This document shows positions 10,632-20,862 of a stretch of 64,000 nucleotides of DNA, one piece after another (position 1 is the first letter of the stretch; each line of letters starts with the position of its first letter). The DNA is from Parcubacteria group bacterium (GTDB lineage: Bacteria; Patescibacteriota; Patescibacteriia; UBA11705; JABHMO01): assembly GCA_043797615.1 (NCBI GenBank), contig JAZDPK010000035.1, forward strand, positions 3,523 to 67,522, given 5' to 3'. Below the pieces are notes generated by a model, which made no database searches, was not told the DNA's origin, and was given only the letters and a program-made list of their open reading frames with translations. Both the position numbers and the translations under genes were made by a program.

Positions 10632-13235
10632 ATGGAAAAGAAATTTTTTTCATTCATTATAATTTTTAGCGCGGCAGTAGCGGCGGCGCTGATTTTTTGT
10701 TCAGTGCCGATGGCGGCGGCGGCGGGCGACGCGACGATTTCACTTTCGCCGGCCAGCGCTTCTGCCAAAGTCAACGACGAGTTTTCGATCGAAATCATTG
10801 TTTCGCCAGGATCAACCTATATCGATGCGGTGCGCGCGGAAATCAGTTTTCCTCCGGACAAATTGGAAGTGAAAAGCTTCACGCTTGGCTCGATTTATCC
10901 GCAGCCGGCGCCGAATAATTCGATTGACAACGCCGCTGGTTTGCTGTCCGAAGGAGGCGCGATTTACAACGGGGAAACCGGATTAACCGGAACGTTCGGC
11001 ACGGTTATTTTTAAAGCGAAAGCCGTTGGAACGGCGAATATTTCCGTAACTTCCAATTCGAAATTGATCAGAGGCGGCGTGGAAAAAATCGACTTGACGA
11101 GCCTGGGCAGCGCGACCGTCACCATTACTCCGGCGTTGACCGATCCGGCGAAAGTCGTTTTAACGAAAAAAGTCGGGATCAACGTTTCGGCTGATGGTTT
11201 TGACAGTCAGTCAGGCAATAGTGTTAAAAAAGACGATGTTCTGACTTATCAAATCAGCTATCAAAATATTGGCGGCGCCAAAGCGACGCAATTAATTTTA
11301 ACGGATGCCATGCCGACCGGAACCGCTTACGTTCCCGGCAGCATCAAGGTTGGCAATGTTGTTAAAACCGACGCGGCCGACGCTGATGTTGCCGAATTCA
11401 GCGCCAATTCCGTTAAAATAAATTTGGGCGAGCTGGCGGCCGGGGCAGGCGGCAATTTCCAATTCAAAACAAAAATCTTGGCCGGCTCCGGGCAAACCGT
11501 GACGAATTCCGCCCAAGCGGTGGGATTGAACATATCGGAGTTTTCGAATGAAGTTTCCAATTCGATCCCCGCTGTTGTTCCGGAGGAAGAAGAGCCGATC
11601 GTGCCGGAAGAGCCGAAACCGGAAACGCCCGCCTCCGTTGAAACTACGGCGGACAAGCCGGAAACAAAGCCGGTCGTAATCACCGGTTCCACCGAATCCG
11701 GAGCAACTGAAGAAAAGCCGTTGGCCGAAACGCCTGGCGGTCTGGCAGCGACCGAAGAGCAGGTCGCAGAGCAAACCGAACAGGTGGTAAATTCGGCCGT
11801 GGTTCAAAATACGGCAAACGCCATGGCGCAAGTTTTAAATAGCATCAATTCAAATATTTCCGCGGAATCGGTCAAACAAGTCACCGAGCAAGCGGTTCGC
11901 GTCGTAGTTAAAACCGCGAAAGAAGCCCGGCGCGCGAACGAAGCGGCCAAAGCGCCGGCATTGGCAACGGTTACGGTCACGACGGTCGCGGCCGTGGCTT
12001 CGGTCGGCGCCACCAGCTCGACCGGCATCACGATTTTGACGTACGCCCAATTTTTGATCAGCCAATTGATAATGTTCATGACGCGGCGCCGGAAAAAAGG
12101 CTGGGGCGTTGTTTACAATTCCATCACCAAGCAGCCGATCGACTTGGCGGTGATCCGCGTTTACGAAGCCGGCGCGAACAAATTGCTCCGCACGCGCGTG
12201 ACCGACCGCGCCGGCCGCTTCCAGTTCATTCTAAAGCCGGGAAAATATTATTTGAAAATCGAAAAGCCGGAATTCATTTTTCCAAGCGCGCTTTTGAACA
12301 AAGCCAAAACCGACGGAAAATTCATTGACAATTATTACGGCGAGGAATTCGAAGTGGGCGCGAATGAAATCGTTATCCCGTCCATTCCGCTGGATCCGAA
12401 CCGCAAATTGGCCACGCATCAGAGTTTGCTTAAAAAATATTTATTCAAGAGATGGCAAACGGTTTTGACGCTGATCGGCCCGGCCGTTTCAATCGTTTCG
12501 TTCGTCATCAATCCGCAGATCTGGGTCGGAGCAATGGTCGTTTTGCAGATTATTTTGTATGTCGTGTTTAAAAAGATCATGTCCGGCCGCAAGCCGCAGA
12601 AATGGGGACTGGTGCGCGACGAAAAGAAAAAGAAAAGCGTTGCGCAGGCGATCGTCCGCGTTTTTGACACCAAATTCAACAAGCTTTTGGAAACGCAAGT
12701 CACCGATTACAAAGGCCGGTACGCGTTTTTGGTCGGCGGACAGCAATATTATTTGACCGGCGAGAAAGCCGGGTATTATCCGATCAAAACGCCGATTTAC
12801 AACCTGGAAGGAAAAGAATCCGGATATTTGGCGGAAGATTTGCTGTTGCGCCGCAATTTGTCCGGTAAGAGCGTTGATTTGGAACAGTTGCGAAGCGACT
12901 TTTTGGCCAAGAGCAACGCCGGCCGCCAAAAAGAAGTGGAAGAGGCGGGCATTAAAAAACTTACCAGAGCGGAAGATGAAAAATTCCGCGGCACGATCAA
13001 AGACGTCAATCTGAACGAATTGCACGAGGATTTTTACAACGTCGACTGGGTCGGCGGCGTTAAAAAAACAACAGACGTCGTTAAAAATGCAAATGAACCG
13101 GCGCAAGTCAAACCGGAAAATCTTGCCGGATCCGTCGCTTCAATCGATTTAAAACCCGATCAAGAAAAACTTTTGGAGAGCGTTCTGATCGATGATGAAA
13201 GCGATGAAGCAGACGATTCGATCGCGCCAAAATAA
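10632..13235 (+). CDS. Membrane protein with cohesin-like, DUF11 and carboxypeptidase-regulatory-like domains
   Basis: ATISLSP...F.V.I......D.V...I.FP...LEV cohesin pattern; 'LTYQISYQNIG...LTDAMPTGTAYVPGS' DUF11; two TD..GR(F/Y).F repeats; TM segments. Confidence 0.7.
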   Translation: MEKKFFSFIIIFSAAVAAALIFCSVPMAAAAGDATISLSPASASAKVNDEFSIEIIVSPGSTYIDAVRAEISFPPDKLEVKSFTLGSIYPQPAPNNSIDNAAGLLSEGGAIYNGETGLTGTFGTVIFKAKAVGTANISVTSNSKLIRGGVEKIDLTSLGSATVTITPALTDPAKVVLTKKVGINVSADGFDSQSGNSVKKDDVLTYQISYQNIGGAKATQLILTDAMPTGTAYVPGSIKVGNVVKTDAADADVAEFSANSVKINLGELAAGAGGNFQFKTKILAGSGQTVTNSAQAVGLNISEFSNEVSNSIPAVVPEEEEPIVPEEPKPETPASVETTADKPETKPVVITGSTESGATEEKPLAETPGGLAATEEQVAEQTEQVVNSAVVQNTANAMAQVLNSINSNISAESVKQVTEQAVRVVVKTAKEARRANEAAKAPALATVTVTTVAAVASVGATSSTGITILTYAQFLISQLIMFMTRRRKKGWGVVYNSITKQPIDLAVIRVYEAGANKLLRTRVTDRAGRFQFILKPGKYYLKIEKPEFIFPSALLNKAKTDGKFIDNYYGEEFEVGANEIVIPSIPLDPNRKLATHQSLLKKYLFKRWQTVLTLIGPAVSIVSFVINPQIWVGAMVVLQIILYVVFKKIMSGRKPQKWGLVRDEKKKKSVAQAIVRVFDTKFNKLLETQVTDYKGRYAFLVGGQQYYLTGEKAGYYPIKTPIYNLEGKESGYLAEDLLLRRNLSGKSVDLEQLRSDFLAKSNAGRQKEVEEAGIKKLTRAEDEKFRGTIKDVNLNELHEDFYNVDWVGGVKKTTDVVKNANEPAQVKPENLAGSVASIDLKPDQEKLLESVLIDDESDEADDSIAPK

Positions 13236-13247
13236 TTTTGTTTAAAA

Positions 13248-14417
13248 ATGAAAAAACATTACGCCATAATTTCAATCGTCGTCTGCGCGTTGGCAATGCC
13301 AATGGTTTGTTCGGCTGTTGCCAAAGCGACGATTTCTTTTTTGCCGGACAAATACGATGTGGCCGCCGGACAAAGTTTCAACGTCGGCATTATCGTTGAT
13401 CCGGCCGGCGGAACCCTCGACACCGTCCGGGCGATGGTGAAGTATCCGGCGGACAAATTGAAAGCGGAAATTTTTTCGCTCGGATATTTGTATCCGACGG
13501 CGGCGCCGGGCAACTTCATCGACAATGAAAAGGGGATTTTGTCGCAAGGCGGCACAAAGCTGGGCGGACAAGTGAAAGCGAAAGGCGTTTTCGGCTACGC
13601 CACGTTCACGGCTTTGAAAAAGGGCAAAGCGGTGATTTCCTTGACGTCCGATTCAAAGTTGATCCGCGCCGGCGTGGAAAGAATCAACAAACTCAGCCTC
13701 GGGCAAGCGACGATTTCCGTCGGCGAGCAGATCTCCGAGGTTCGGGACATCGTCGTTCAAAGCGCGACGAATCCTGACGAGGGAAAATGGTACGCGAGCG
13801 CAAACGTCGAACTGTCTTGGCAGAAAGCGGAAGGAATCAAGGATATTTTAAAATATTTTTACGATTTGAACCAGTATCCGTCCGCCGACCCGAGCATAGC
13901 GATGAACGCAAGCGACGGCAAAAAAACTTTTAGCGGCCTGAAAGACGGCGCTTGGTACTTTCACATTAAAGGCCAATACGTTGACAGTTCCTTTTCCGTT
14001 GCCACTCATTACGCTTTGAAAATAGACGCGACGCCGCCGAACAGGATCATGCCTGATTTTGAAAAAAAGATCATCAGTGAAGATGAAAACGGCATTGTTC
14101 ATTTCGCGACAATCGATCAGACCTCAGGCATTTCCCATTACGAGGCGGCGATCGACAATGGCGCTTTTCAAACCGAGGAAAGCCCTTATGTTTTGCCGCG
14201 CATGAAAGCAGGCGAGCACATTGTCTTTGTAAAAGCCTTGGACAATGCCGGCAACTTCGCGCAAACCGGCGTGAAATTGCGCGTGCTGCCCGGCGGCAGG
14301 GCAAAATGGTTTGACCACTGGAAAATAATGGCGGTTTTCGCTTTTGCCGGCCTCGCCGTTGCCGCGTTTTTCGCAATGAAAATCCGGAAAAACAAAAAAA
14401 CGAAAATTACGCCATAA
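13248..14417 (+). CDS. Cohesin-like plus Ig-like surface protein with C-terminal TM anchor
   Basis: N-terminal domain paralogous to that of 10632 (shared SKLIR.GVE.I...SLG.AT); DGAWYFHI, ID.TPP and ALDNAGN Ig/FN3-like motifs. Confidence 0.7.
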   Translation: MKKHYAIISIVVCALAMPMVCSAVAKATISFLPDKYDVAAGQSFNVGIIVDPAGGTLDTVRAMVKYPADKLKAEIFSLGYLYPTAAPGNFIDNEKGILSQGGTKLGGQVKAKGVFGYATFTALKKGKAVISLTSDSKLIRAGVERINKLSLGQATISVGEQISEVRDIVVQSATNPDEGKWYASANVELSWQKAEGIKDILKYFYDLNQYPSADPSIAMNASDGKKTFSGLKDGAWYFHIKGQYVDSSFSVATHYALKIDATPPNRIMPDFEKKIISEDENGIVHFATIDQTSGISHYEAAIDNGAFQTEESPYVLPRMKAGEHIVFVKALDNAGNFAQTGVKLRVLPGGRAKWFDHWKIMAVFAFAGLAVAAFFAMKIRKNKKTKITP

Positions 14418-14480
14418 GCTGTGGATAAAAAATATGGTGGAATGTGGTATAATATACTCAAGGTTTTAGAATAATTTAGC

Positions 14481-17400
14481 ATGAAAAATTCCAGCAAAGG
14501 AAAGATGAAAAAATTCCTAAATTTTATAGTCATAATTTTGTTATTGGCCGGAACATTCGGACCGAACGGTTTTATTTTGCCGGCTCAGGCGGCGACCGTC
14601 GGAATTCCGAGTTATTTAGGCTACCAGGGTCGATTGAAAAACGCCAGCGGTGCGGCTTTATCCGGGACGTATGATTTTTCTTTTAAATTATATGACGCCT
14701 CGACCAGCGGCAATCTGCTGTGGACGGAAAATAAAACCATGACCGTGACCAGCGGCTATTTCACCACATCGCTCGGCGATTCCACGGCTTTCGGCTCAAT
14801 CGTTGATTTCACGAAAAATCTCTGGCTTGACATCAGCGTGGCGGCGACCGGCGTGACGCCGCTCGAATCAATGACCAGCCGCGTGGCGGTCAACAGCGCG
14901 GCCTTTGCGCTGGCAGCTCGCTCGATCGAAAATTCAGCAAGCGATCCGGCCACGGCGTTCGGCGGCCGCATGTATTACAATACGGCAAGCGGCAACACGT
15001 ACGTTTACGACGCAGTCAATGCCGCCTGGTCGAATGTTTACCGGTCCGGAGGCGCGGACGTTCCAGTGGCCGACGGCGGCACCGGCGCGTCGAACGCTTC
15101 GCAGGCCAGAACGAATTTGGGATTGGCGATCAGCACGGATGTTCAGGCATACGACGCGGACTTGACAACATACGCGGGAATAACGCCGTCAGCCAATATT
15201 CAAACATTATTAAGTTCAGCAAATTTTACAACCGCGCGAAGCAATTTAGGTTTAGCAATTAATAGCGATGTTCAGGCATACGACGCTGATTTAACAACAT
15301 ACGCGGGAATAACGCCGAGCGCGAATATTCAATCATTGCTCGGATCGGCAGATTATGCAACGGCCAGAACGAATTTGGGAGTGGCGATCGGCAGCAATGT
15401 GCAGGCATACAACGCCGGCTTGGCCGATGTTGCCGGCTTGTCAACAACGGACAGTAATTTTGTCGTTGGCAACGGCACGAACTGGGTGGCGGAGACTGGC
15501 GCCACTGTCAGAACTTCATTGGGATTGGCGATCAGCACCGATGTTCAAGCATACGACGCTGATTTAACAACGTACGCGGGAATAACGCCGTCAGCAAATA
15601 TTCAATCATTGCTCGGATCGGCAGACTATGCAACAGCCAGGACGAATTTGGGCGTGGCGATCGGCAGCAATGTGCAGGCATACAATGCCGGTCTGGCCGA
15701 TGTTGCCGGCTTGTCAACAACGGACAGTAATTTTGTCGTTGGCAACGGCACGAACTGGGTGGCGGAGACTGGCGCCACTGTCAGAACTTCGCTGGGATTG
15801 GGATCAATCGCAACTCAGAATTCAGATAATGTGACAATCACCGGCGGCTCGGTGTCCGTAAGCACTATAGACGGCATACTTGGTCTTAATAATGGCGGCA
15901 CTGGCGCGTCAAACGCCACGGTTGCCAGACAGATGCTGGGTTTAATAATCAGCACCGATGTTCAGGCATACGACGCGGACTTGACAACATACGCCGGCAT
16001 TACGCCGTCGGCGAATATTCAAACATTGCTCGGCTCGGCGGATTTTTCAACGGCCAGAACGAATTTGGGATTGGGAACGATCGCGACGCAAGCTTCTGAC
16101 AATGTAACAATTACCGGCGGTTCAATTTCCGGCATTACGGATTTGGCAGTGGCGGACGGCGGCACGGGCGCATCGAACGCCAGCGCGGCGCAGACAAATT
16201 TAGGTTTAGCAATTGGCACGAATGTGCAGGCGTATGATATCGAATTGGCGGCCATTGCCGGATTAGTTTCGGCGACAACCGGTCTTCCGTATTTTACCGG
16301 CAATGGAACGGCAACTTTGGCTAGTTTGAGTTCATTCGGCACATCACTAATTGACGATGATAATTCAACCGTGGCGCAGTCAACCTTGGGACTGGGAACG
16401 ATTTCCATTCAAAACGCGAATAATGTGGCGATTACCGGCGGCGCGATTTCCGGCATTACGGATTTGGCAGTGGCGGACGGCGGAACGGGCGCGAGTTCCT
16501 GGACTCAATATGGTTTACTGTATGCTAATGCCACCAATTCATTTTCACAAATTACCGATACCACCGCCGGAAAAGTTTTAATTACAAATACCGGCGCGGC
16601 GCCGTCGTTCAGCGCCAGTCCGACATTGACCGGCGGCTTGACCATCGCGCCGACCGCAACCGGCACTCTTTTGGATTATCAGCTGGAAACCGAATGGACA
16701 AGCGGCACGCTTATTAATGCGGATTTCGGCGGAGCAACGACTTTGGCCGGCAATGTTGTCGGCATGAATTTGGATTTGAATACAAATGTGACCGGCGCCA
16801 GTAATCAGAACGCGACCGGCGTGTATGTGCAGACTCCGACTTTGACGCAGGCATTGTCCAATACAACGATTTACAACGGAGACAAGATCGGCGGCGGCAA
16901 CATCACCAGCAGTAATGGAACAGTATTTTGGAACGGCAGTTATTATGTAATCCCGAACATTGATCAAGAGGCAGGAGCGAATTTGCTCCAGGCTTCGGGA
17001 GCAAGCATTGGATTCGGCACAATTACCACTGCCGGCGTGATGGATGGATTGACTATTGGCTTCGATTCGTCCGGGCCGCCAAATGGCGTTGCTGCCGGAA
17101 CATTAAACGGTATAATGATTAATCAAATTATACCCGGCAACGGGACGGAAACAGCATTGAACATAGGAAATGGCTGGGATACGGGCATCAGCATTGGCAT
17201 GCTTTCAGATGCGGCTTTGGCGATTGATGTTACTAATGGCGCGGTGCATGTCGCTGACCGTATTGGCATGGGCACCTGGACCGCGGACGGCGATATTGCG
17301 GTTTACTATGACACAAACTCGAGTTCTACGAATTATCTTGGCACTACGGTGTCTGATATCCGACTCAAAAAAAACATCGCGCCGCTGGAGGATAATGCTT

Positions 17401-18371
17401 TGGAAATCATTTCAAATGTGAACGCCTACATGTATAATACGCTTGACGAAACTGACGGCGCCAAGAAGCGCTTAGGCGTGATGGCGCAAGAAATAATTCC
17501 TTACATGCCGGAATTAACTTTTAATATACATCAGGAAAATGATGATGCAACGTATTACGGCGTGCATTATGACAAACTGACTGTTCTTTTATTGAAAGCG
17601 ATCAAGGAACAGCAGGCGCAGATTCAATCGTTGAGTTTGGGAAGCAGTTTGCAGGGCAGCTTGACCGGAAACATTAGTTTAGATAATCTGAAGGTGGCTG
17701 AACACGCGACTTTTGGAGAAGATACGGTTGGCCGAGTCAGGATTTTGCCCGGCGCGACCGAAGCGCGCGTCAATTTTGCAAAAGAATACGAATACCAGCC
17801 GATCGTGATCGCGACCTTGCGCGGCGAAAGCGCATTGTTATCCGATTTTAAATATGCCGTAATCGGTGAATCAACCGCTGGATTTACGATCAAGATTAGC
17901 GCGGCGCAGAATGAGCCGATCGAATTCAACTGGAACGCGTTCGGTGCCAGCCAAGGCAAGATTTTCGTGAGCGACGGCACGACCGAGAACATTGAAATCG
18001 CGATTGGCCGGCCGGCCCAGATCAGCGCGTTGTCGAGCAGTGAATCGCTTTCAAGCTTGCCAACGCAAAGCGCGGCGGATAACAGCACTGCTGTTCCGGC
18101 GGCGGATAATTCGACGATGACAACTTCGAGCAGTGATAATCTATCCGCGGCAAATTCAGAGCCAATTGTGGAATCGGCGTCAGCGCCAAATATAGACCAG
18201 TTGCCGGCGATTGAACCGGCAGCCGAGCCGAGCGCGGATGCGGCGCCGGCGGCCGAACCAGCGGCAAGAGAGGAAACAGTTTCAGCCGCAGAATCCTCGA
18301 CTTTACCGAGCGCCGAAGCGGCGCCAGCCGTGACGCCAGCGCCGGATCAGGCGGCAACAGCGTCGCCATAA
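14481..18371 (+). CDS. Large secreted tail-fibre-like adhesin with intramolecular chaperone (peptidase S74-like) domain
   Basis: Signal peptide; YQGRL..ASG N-domain; VADGGTGA and DVQAYDADL repeats; SDIRLKKNI...GVMAQE...Y.KL...L.KAIKEQQ chaperone motif. Start may be 14505. Confidence 0.8.
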   Translation: MKNSSKGKMKKFLNFIVIILLLAGTFGPNGFILPAQAATVGIPSYLGYQGRLKNASGAALSGTYDFSFKLYDASTSGNLLWTENKTMTVTSGYFTTSLGDSTAFGSIVDFTKNLWLDISVAATGVTPLESMTSRVAVNSAAFALAARSIENSASDPATAFGGRMYYNTASGNTYVYDAVNAAWSNVYRSGGADVPVADGGTGASNASQARTNLGLAISTDVQAYDADLTTYAGITPSANIQTLLSSANFTTARSNLGLAINSDVQAYDADLTTYAGITPSANIQSLLGSADYATARTNLGVAIGSNVQAYNAGLADVAGLSTTDSNFVVGNGTNWVAETGATVRTSLGLAISTDVQAYDADLTTYAGITPSANIQSLLGSADYATARTNLGVAIGSNVQAYNAGLADVAGLSTTDSNFVVGNGTNWVAETGATVRTSLGLGSIATQNSDNVTITGGSVSVSTIDGILGLNNGGTGASNATVARQMLGLIISTDVQAYDADLTTYAGITPSANIQTLLGSADFSTARTNLGLGTIATQASDNVTITGGSISGITDLAVADGGTGASNASAAQTNLGLAIGTNVQAYDIELAAIAGLVSATTGLPYFTGNGTATLASLSSFGTSLIDDDNSTVAQSTLGLGTISIQNANNVAITGGAISGITDLAVADGGTGASSWTQYGLLYANATNSFSQITDTTAGKVLITNTGAAPSFSASPTLTGGLTIAPTATGTLLDYQLETEWTSGTLINADFGGATTLAGNVVGMNLDLNTNVTGASNQNATGVYVQTPTLTQALSNTTIYNGDKIGGGNITSSNGTVFWNGSYYVIPNIDQEAGANLLQASGASIGFGTITTAGVMDGLTIGFDSSGPPNGVAAGTLNGIMINQIIPGNGTETALNIGNGWDTGISIGMLSDAALAIDVTNGAVHVADRIGMGTWTADGDIAVYYDTNSSSTNYLGTTVSDIRLKKNIAPLEDNALEIISNVNAYMYNTLDETDGAKKRLGVMAQEIIPYMPELTFNIHQENDDATYYGVHYDKLTVLLLKAIKEQQAQIQSLSLGSSLQGSLTGNISLDNLKVAEHATFGEDTVGRVRILPGATEARVNFAKEYEYQPIVIATLRGESALLSDFKYAVIGESTAGFTIKISAAQNEPIEFNWNAFGASQGKIFVSDGTTENIEIAIGRPAQISALSSSESLSSLPTQSAADNSTAVPAADNSTMTTSSSDNLSAANSEPIVESASAPNIDQLPAIEPAAEPSADAAPAAEPAAREETVSAAESSTLPSAEAAPAVTPAPDQAATASP
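15126..16075 (+). repeat. Intragenic tandem repeats in the adhesin
   Basis: GATGTTCARGCATACGACGC units at 15138, 15267, 15540 and 15957; 15267-15539 is a near-identical 273-nt duplication of the following block. Confidence 0.9.
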
Positions 18372-18397
18372 CAATTAAATTTAATATAACATAATTT

Positions 18398-18808
18398 ATG
18401 TTCCAAAAATCCGGCGCCAGATGGGCGATCGTCATTATCCTCATTGCCGTGGTCGCGGCGATCCTGTATTTCACGTATTTCAGTTTATTCGACAACAATA
18501 GCGGCGCTTATCAGGCAGTGTTCCTGTCCAACGGCCAGGTATATTTCGGCAAGGCCGCGCATATTCATGACGATTATGTGAAGCTCACGGACATTTATTA
18601 TCTTCAATTGACGAAGGCGCTCCAGGATCAGCAGCCGCCGGTAGCCAATTCGCAAAATAACCAGCAGCTCATGCTCATGAAGCTGGGCAATGAATTGCAC
18701 GGGCCCCTGGACAAGATGCTGATCAACCGCAGCCATATCACATTCATCGAGGATTTGAAGGAAGATTCCCAAGTGGTGAAAGCGATAAGGCAATATCAGA
18801 ATAAATAA
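18398..18808 (+). CDS. Conserved membrane-anchored protein (YQAVFL.NGQVYFG family)
   Basis: TM followed by YQAVFLSNGQVYFG and KLGNELHGP motifs. Confidence 0.7.
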   Translation: MFQKSGARWAIVIILIAVVAAILYFTYFSLFDNNSGAYQAVFLSNGQVYFGKAAHIHDDYVKLTDIYYLQLTKALQDQQPPVANSQNNQQLMLMKLGNELHGPLDKMLINRSHITFIEDLKEDSQVVKAIRQYQNK

Positions 18809-18852
18809 AGTTGATAATGTTGATTAAGTTGATTAAGTTTATCATGAAGAAT

Positions 18853-18875
18853 GTAGGGGTGAATAATATTCGCCC
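18853..18875 (+). repeat. GTAG-type REP-like palindrome
   Basis: GTAG-GGGTGAATAATATTCGCCC; a similar architecture occurs at 51249-51273 (GTAG-CGGCGTATAATTATACGCCGC). Confidence 0.55.
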
Positions 18876-18967
18876 GCGTTCCATAATAATTGATCATTTA
18901 AAAAATCTCGCCGAGAAGCGGGATTTTTTTGTTTGTATTTGCGGATAAAATGTAATAAGATTGAATC

Positions 18968-19579
18968 ATGGATAACAAAATAACGGATTTATACAAAGCA
19001 TTGCGGAAAAAACACGGCCGGCCGAGCGGGCAGTGGCGCTTGTGGTGCAAGCGGCCGAAGTCGACGGCCGAACGCGAAGAAGTGATTATCGGCGCGATCC
19101 TGGCGCAGAACACGAATTGGAAAAACGTTGAATTGAGCCTGAACAAATTAAAGAAAGCGAAACGCTGTTCGCTTGATGAAATTTATAAATTGGGCAAGCG
19201 GAATATGCCTGGCCTGGCCGAGCTGATCCGTCCGTCCGGCTTTTACAATTCAAAGGCGAAATATCTTCTCGCGGCGGCGGCATTTTTTTGCGAAAACGGA
19301 GGCGTTGAAAGAATAAAAAATCAAAAAATCAAGAAATCAAGAAAGCAATTGCTGGAATTGAAAGGCGTGGGGCCGGAAACGGCCGACAGCATTTTGCTTT
19401 ACGCTTTGGACAAGCCGGCGTTTGTCATCGACGAATATACGCGGCGGATTTTAAATTACGACCGTTTGCAAAAAATTTTCGAGAGCCGGTTGCCGCGCAA
19501 TTACAAAGCGTACCAGGATTTCCACGCGCTCATCGTGATCGAAGGCAAGGGGTATCCGGGTTTGACAAATCATTCATGA
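18968..19579 (+). CDS. HhH-GPD endonuclease III-related protein
   Basis: GAILAQNTNWKNV, IRPSGFY, LKGVGPETADSILLYA, FVIDEYTRR. Confidence 0.88.
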   Translation: MDNKITDLYKALRKKHGRPSGQWRLWCKRPKSTAEREEVIIGAILAQNTNWKNVELSLNKLKKAKRCSLDEIYKLGKRNMPGLAELIRPSGFYNSKAKYLLAAAAFFCENGGVERIKNQKIKKSRKQLLELKGVGPETADSILLYALDKPAFVIDEYTRRILNYDRLQKIFESRLPRNYKAYQDFHALIVIEGKGYPGLTNHS

Positions 19580-19659
19580 TAAATTAACATTAGTAAAACT
19601 GATTGTTCTTTAACATTATCCCAATATAAGCGGTCAGCTTAATTTAAAGGAGGAAAATC

Positions 19660-20775
19660 ATGTTCGGATTTTTGAACAGATTTTTTCATGGGAATGAGAA
19701 TCTCGTCGGCCTGGATATCGGCTCGCACAACGTTAAAGCCGTTGAACTGCGGGAAAACAGAAAAGGCGGCCTGTTTTTGGAGAATCTGGCCATGCACCCG
19801 TTGCCCGCGGAAACGATCGTTGACGGCGCGGTCATGAATTCAAGCAATATCGTTGAAACGATCGGGCGAATCTGGGATCAGTATCGGATAAAAAATAAAA
19901 ACGTAGCGATCAGCCTTTCCGGCACTTCGGTAATTACGAAATATCTTGATCTGCCGGCGCAGAGCGATGAAGAATTGGCCAGCTCCATAATTCATGAGAT
20001 GCATTATTCGAATTTGATTCCTTTTGAAATTGAAGACGTGCGTTGGGATTACTGTCCGATGGAAACTGGAGTTGACGGGGCGCGAGGCGTAATCATCGCG
20101 GTGGCTAAGCAGGATGTTATCGGCGACTACGAATCTTCCGTGCGGGAAGCTGGCTTGAATGTGCAGGTCATTGATCTTGATTGTTTTGCCATTCAAAATA
20201 TCTTTGAAAGAGTCGGCTCCGGCGGCGGATTTGATAGCAACGAAAACACCATTTTTGTCAATGTCGGCGCCAGCAAAGTTAATATGAGCATCGTGTCCGG
20301 CAATGGAACGCCGAAGTTTACCCGGGACGTGGGCGGCGCTGGAAATTATCTTACCAACGAGATCGTGAAGTTGCTGAATGTGGGCTTCGACGAGGCGGAA
20401 AGCCTGAAAGTCGGCGGCCAGCAGGAAGAAGGGGAAGCGGACTCGATGATTCCCGAGGCAGTGTCGAAAATCATGGCGCAGGCGGTTGACTCCGTCATAA
20501 TGGAGATAAAAAGGACATTGGAATTCCGAAGCGCAATAAGCCTGATCGATAGCAGCAATGCGAAAATATATCTGACCGGCGGCTCGGCGCAAATTCCGAT
20601 GTTTCCGAAATTGCTGAGTGAAAAATCGAATTTGGCGGTGGAGATTTTCAATCCGTTTCAAGACGTTGGATTTGATCAAAAAAAATTCGCGGCCGACGAC
20701 TTGGCAAAATACGCGCCGTTTTTCAGCGTCGCCATGGGATTGGCCTTGCGGCGCATCGGCGACATTGATCGGTGA
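19660..20775 (+). CDS. pilM: Type IV pilus assembly actin-like protein PilM
   Basis: VGLDIGS..VKAVEL, IVDG, IPF, YLTGGSA and A.GLALR motifs; own RBS and terminator. Confidence 0.88.
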   Translation: MFGFLNRFFHGNENLVGLDIGSHNVKAVELRENRKGGLFLENLAMHPLPAETIVDGAVMNSSNIVETIGRIWDQYRIKNKNVAISLSGTSVITKYLDLPAQSDEELASSIIHEMHYSNLIPFEIEDVRWDYCPMETGVDGARGVIIAVAKQDVIGDYESSVREAGLNVQVIDLDCFAIQNIFERVGSGGGFDSNENTIFVNVGASKVNMSIVSGNGTPKFTRDVGGAGNYLTNEIVKLLNVGFDEAESLKVGGQQEEGEADSMIPEAVSKIMAQAVDSVIMEIKRTLEFRSAISLIDSSNAKIYLTGGSAQIPMFPKLLSEKSNLAVEIFNPFQDVGFDQKKFAADDLAKYAPFFSVAMGLALRRIGDIDR

Positions 20776-20785
20776 AAACGTTTCA

Positions 20786-20817
20786 AACCTCGTTTCCAAT
20801 GGAGACGGGGTTTTTTA
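20786..20817 (+). terminator. Intrinsic terminator
   Basis: AACCTCGTTTCC-AAT-GGAGACGGGGTT followed by a T-run. Confidence 0.7.
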
Positions 20818-20862
20818 TTTTTTGTTTACAATTTATTCTTTGCCCATTATAATATATCCGAT

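Noticed and set aside
14481-18371. Prophage, suggested by the tail-fibre chaperone domain
   Set aside because: The protein has a signal peptide and there are no terminase, capsid or integrase genes nearby.
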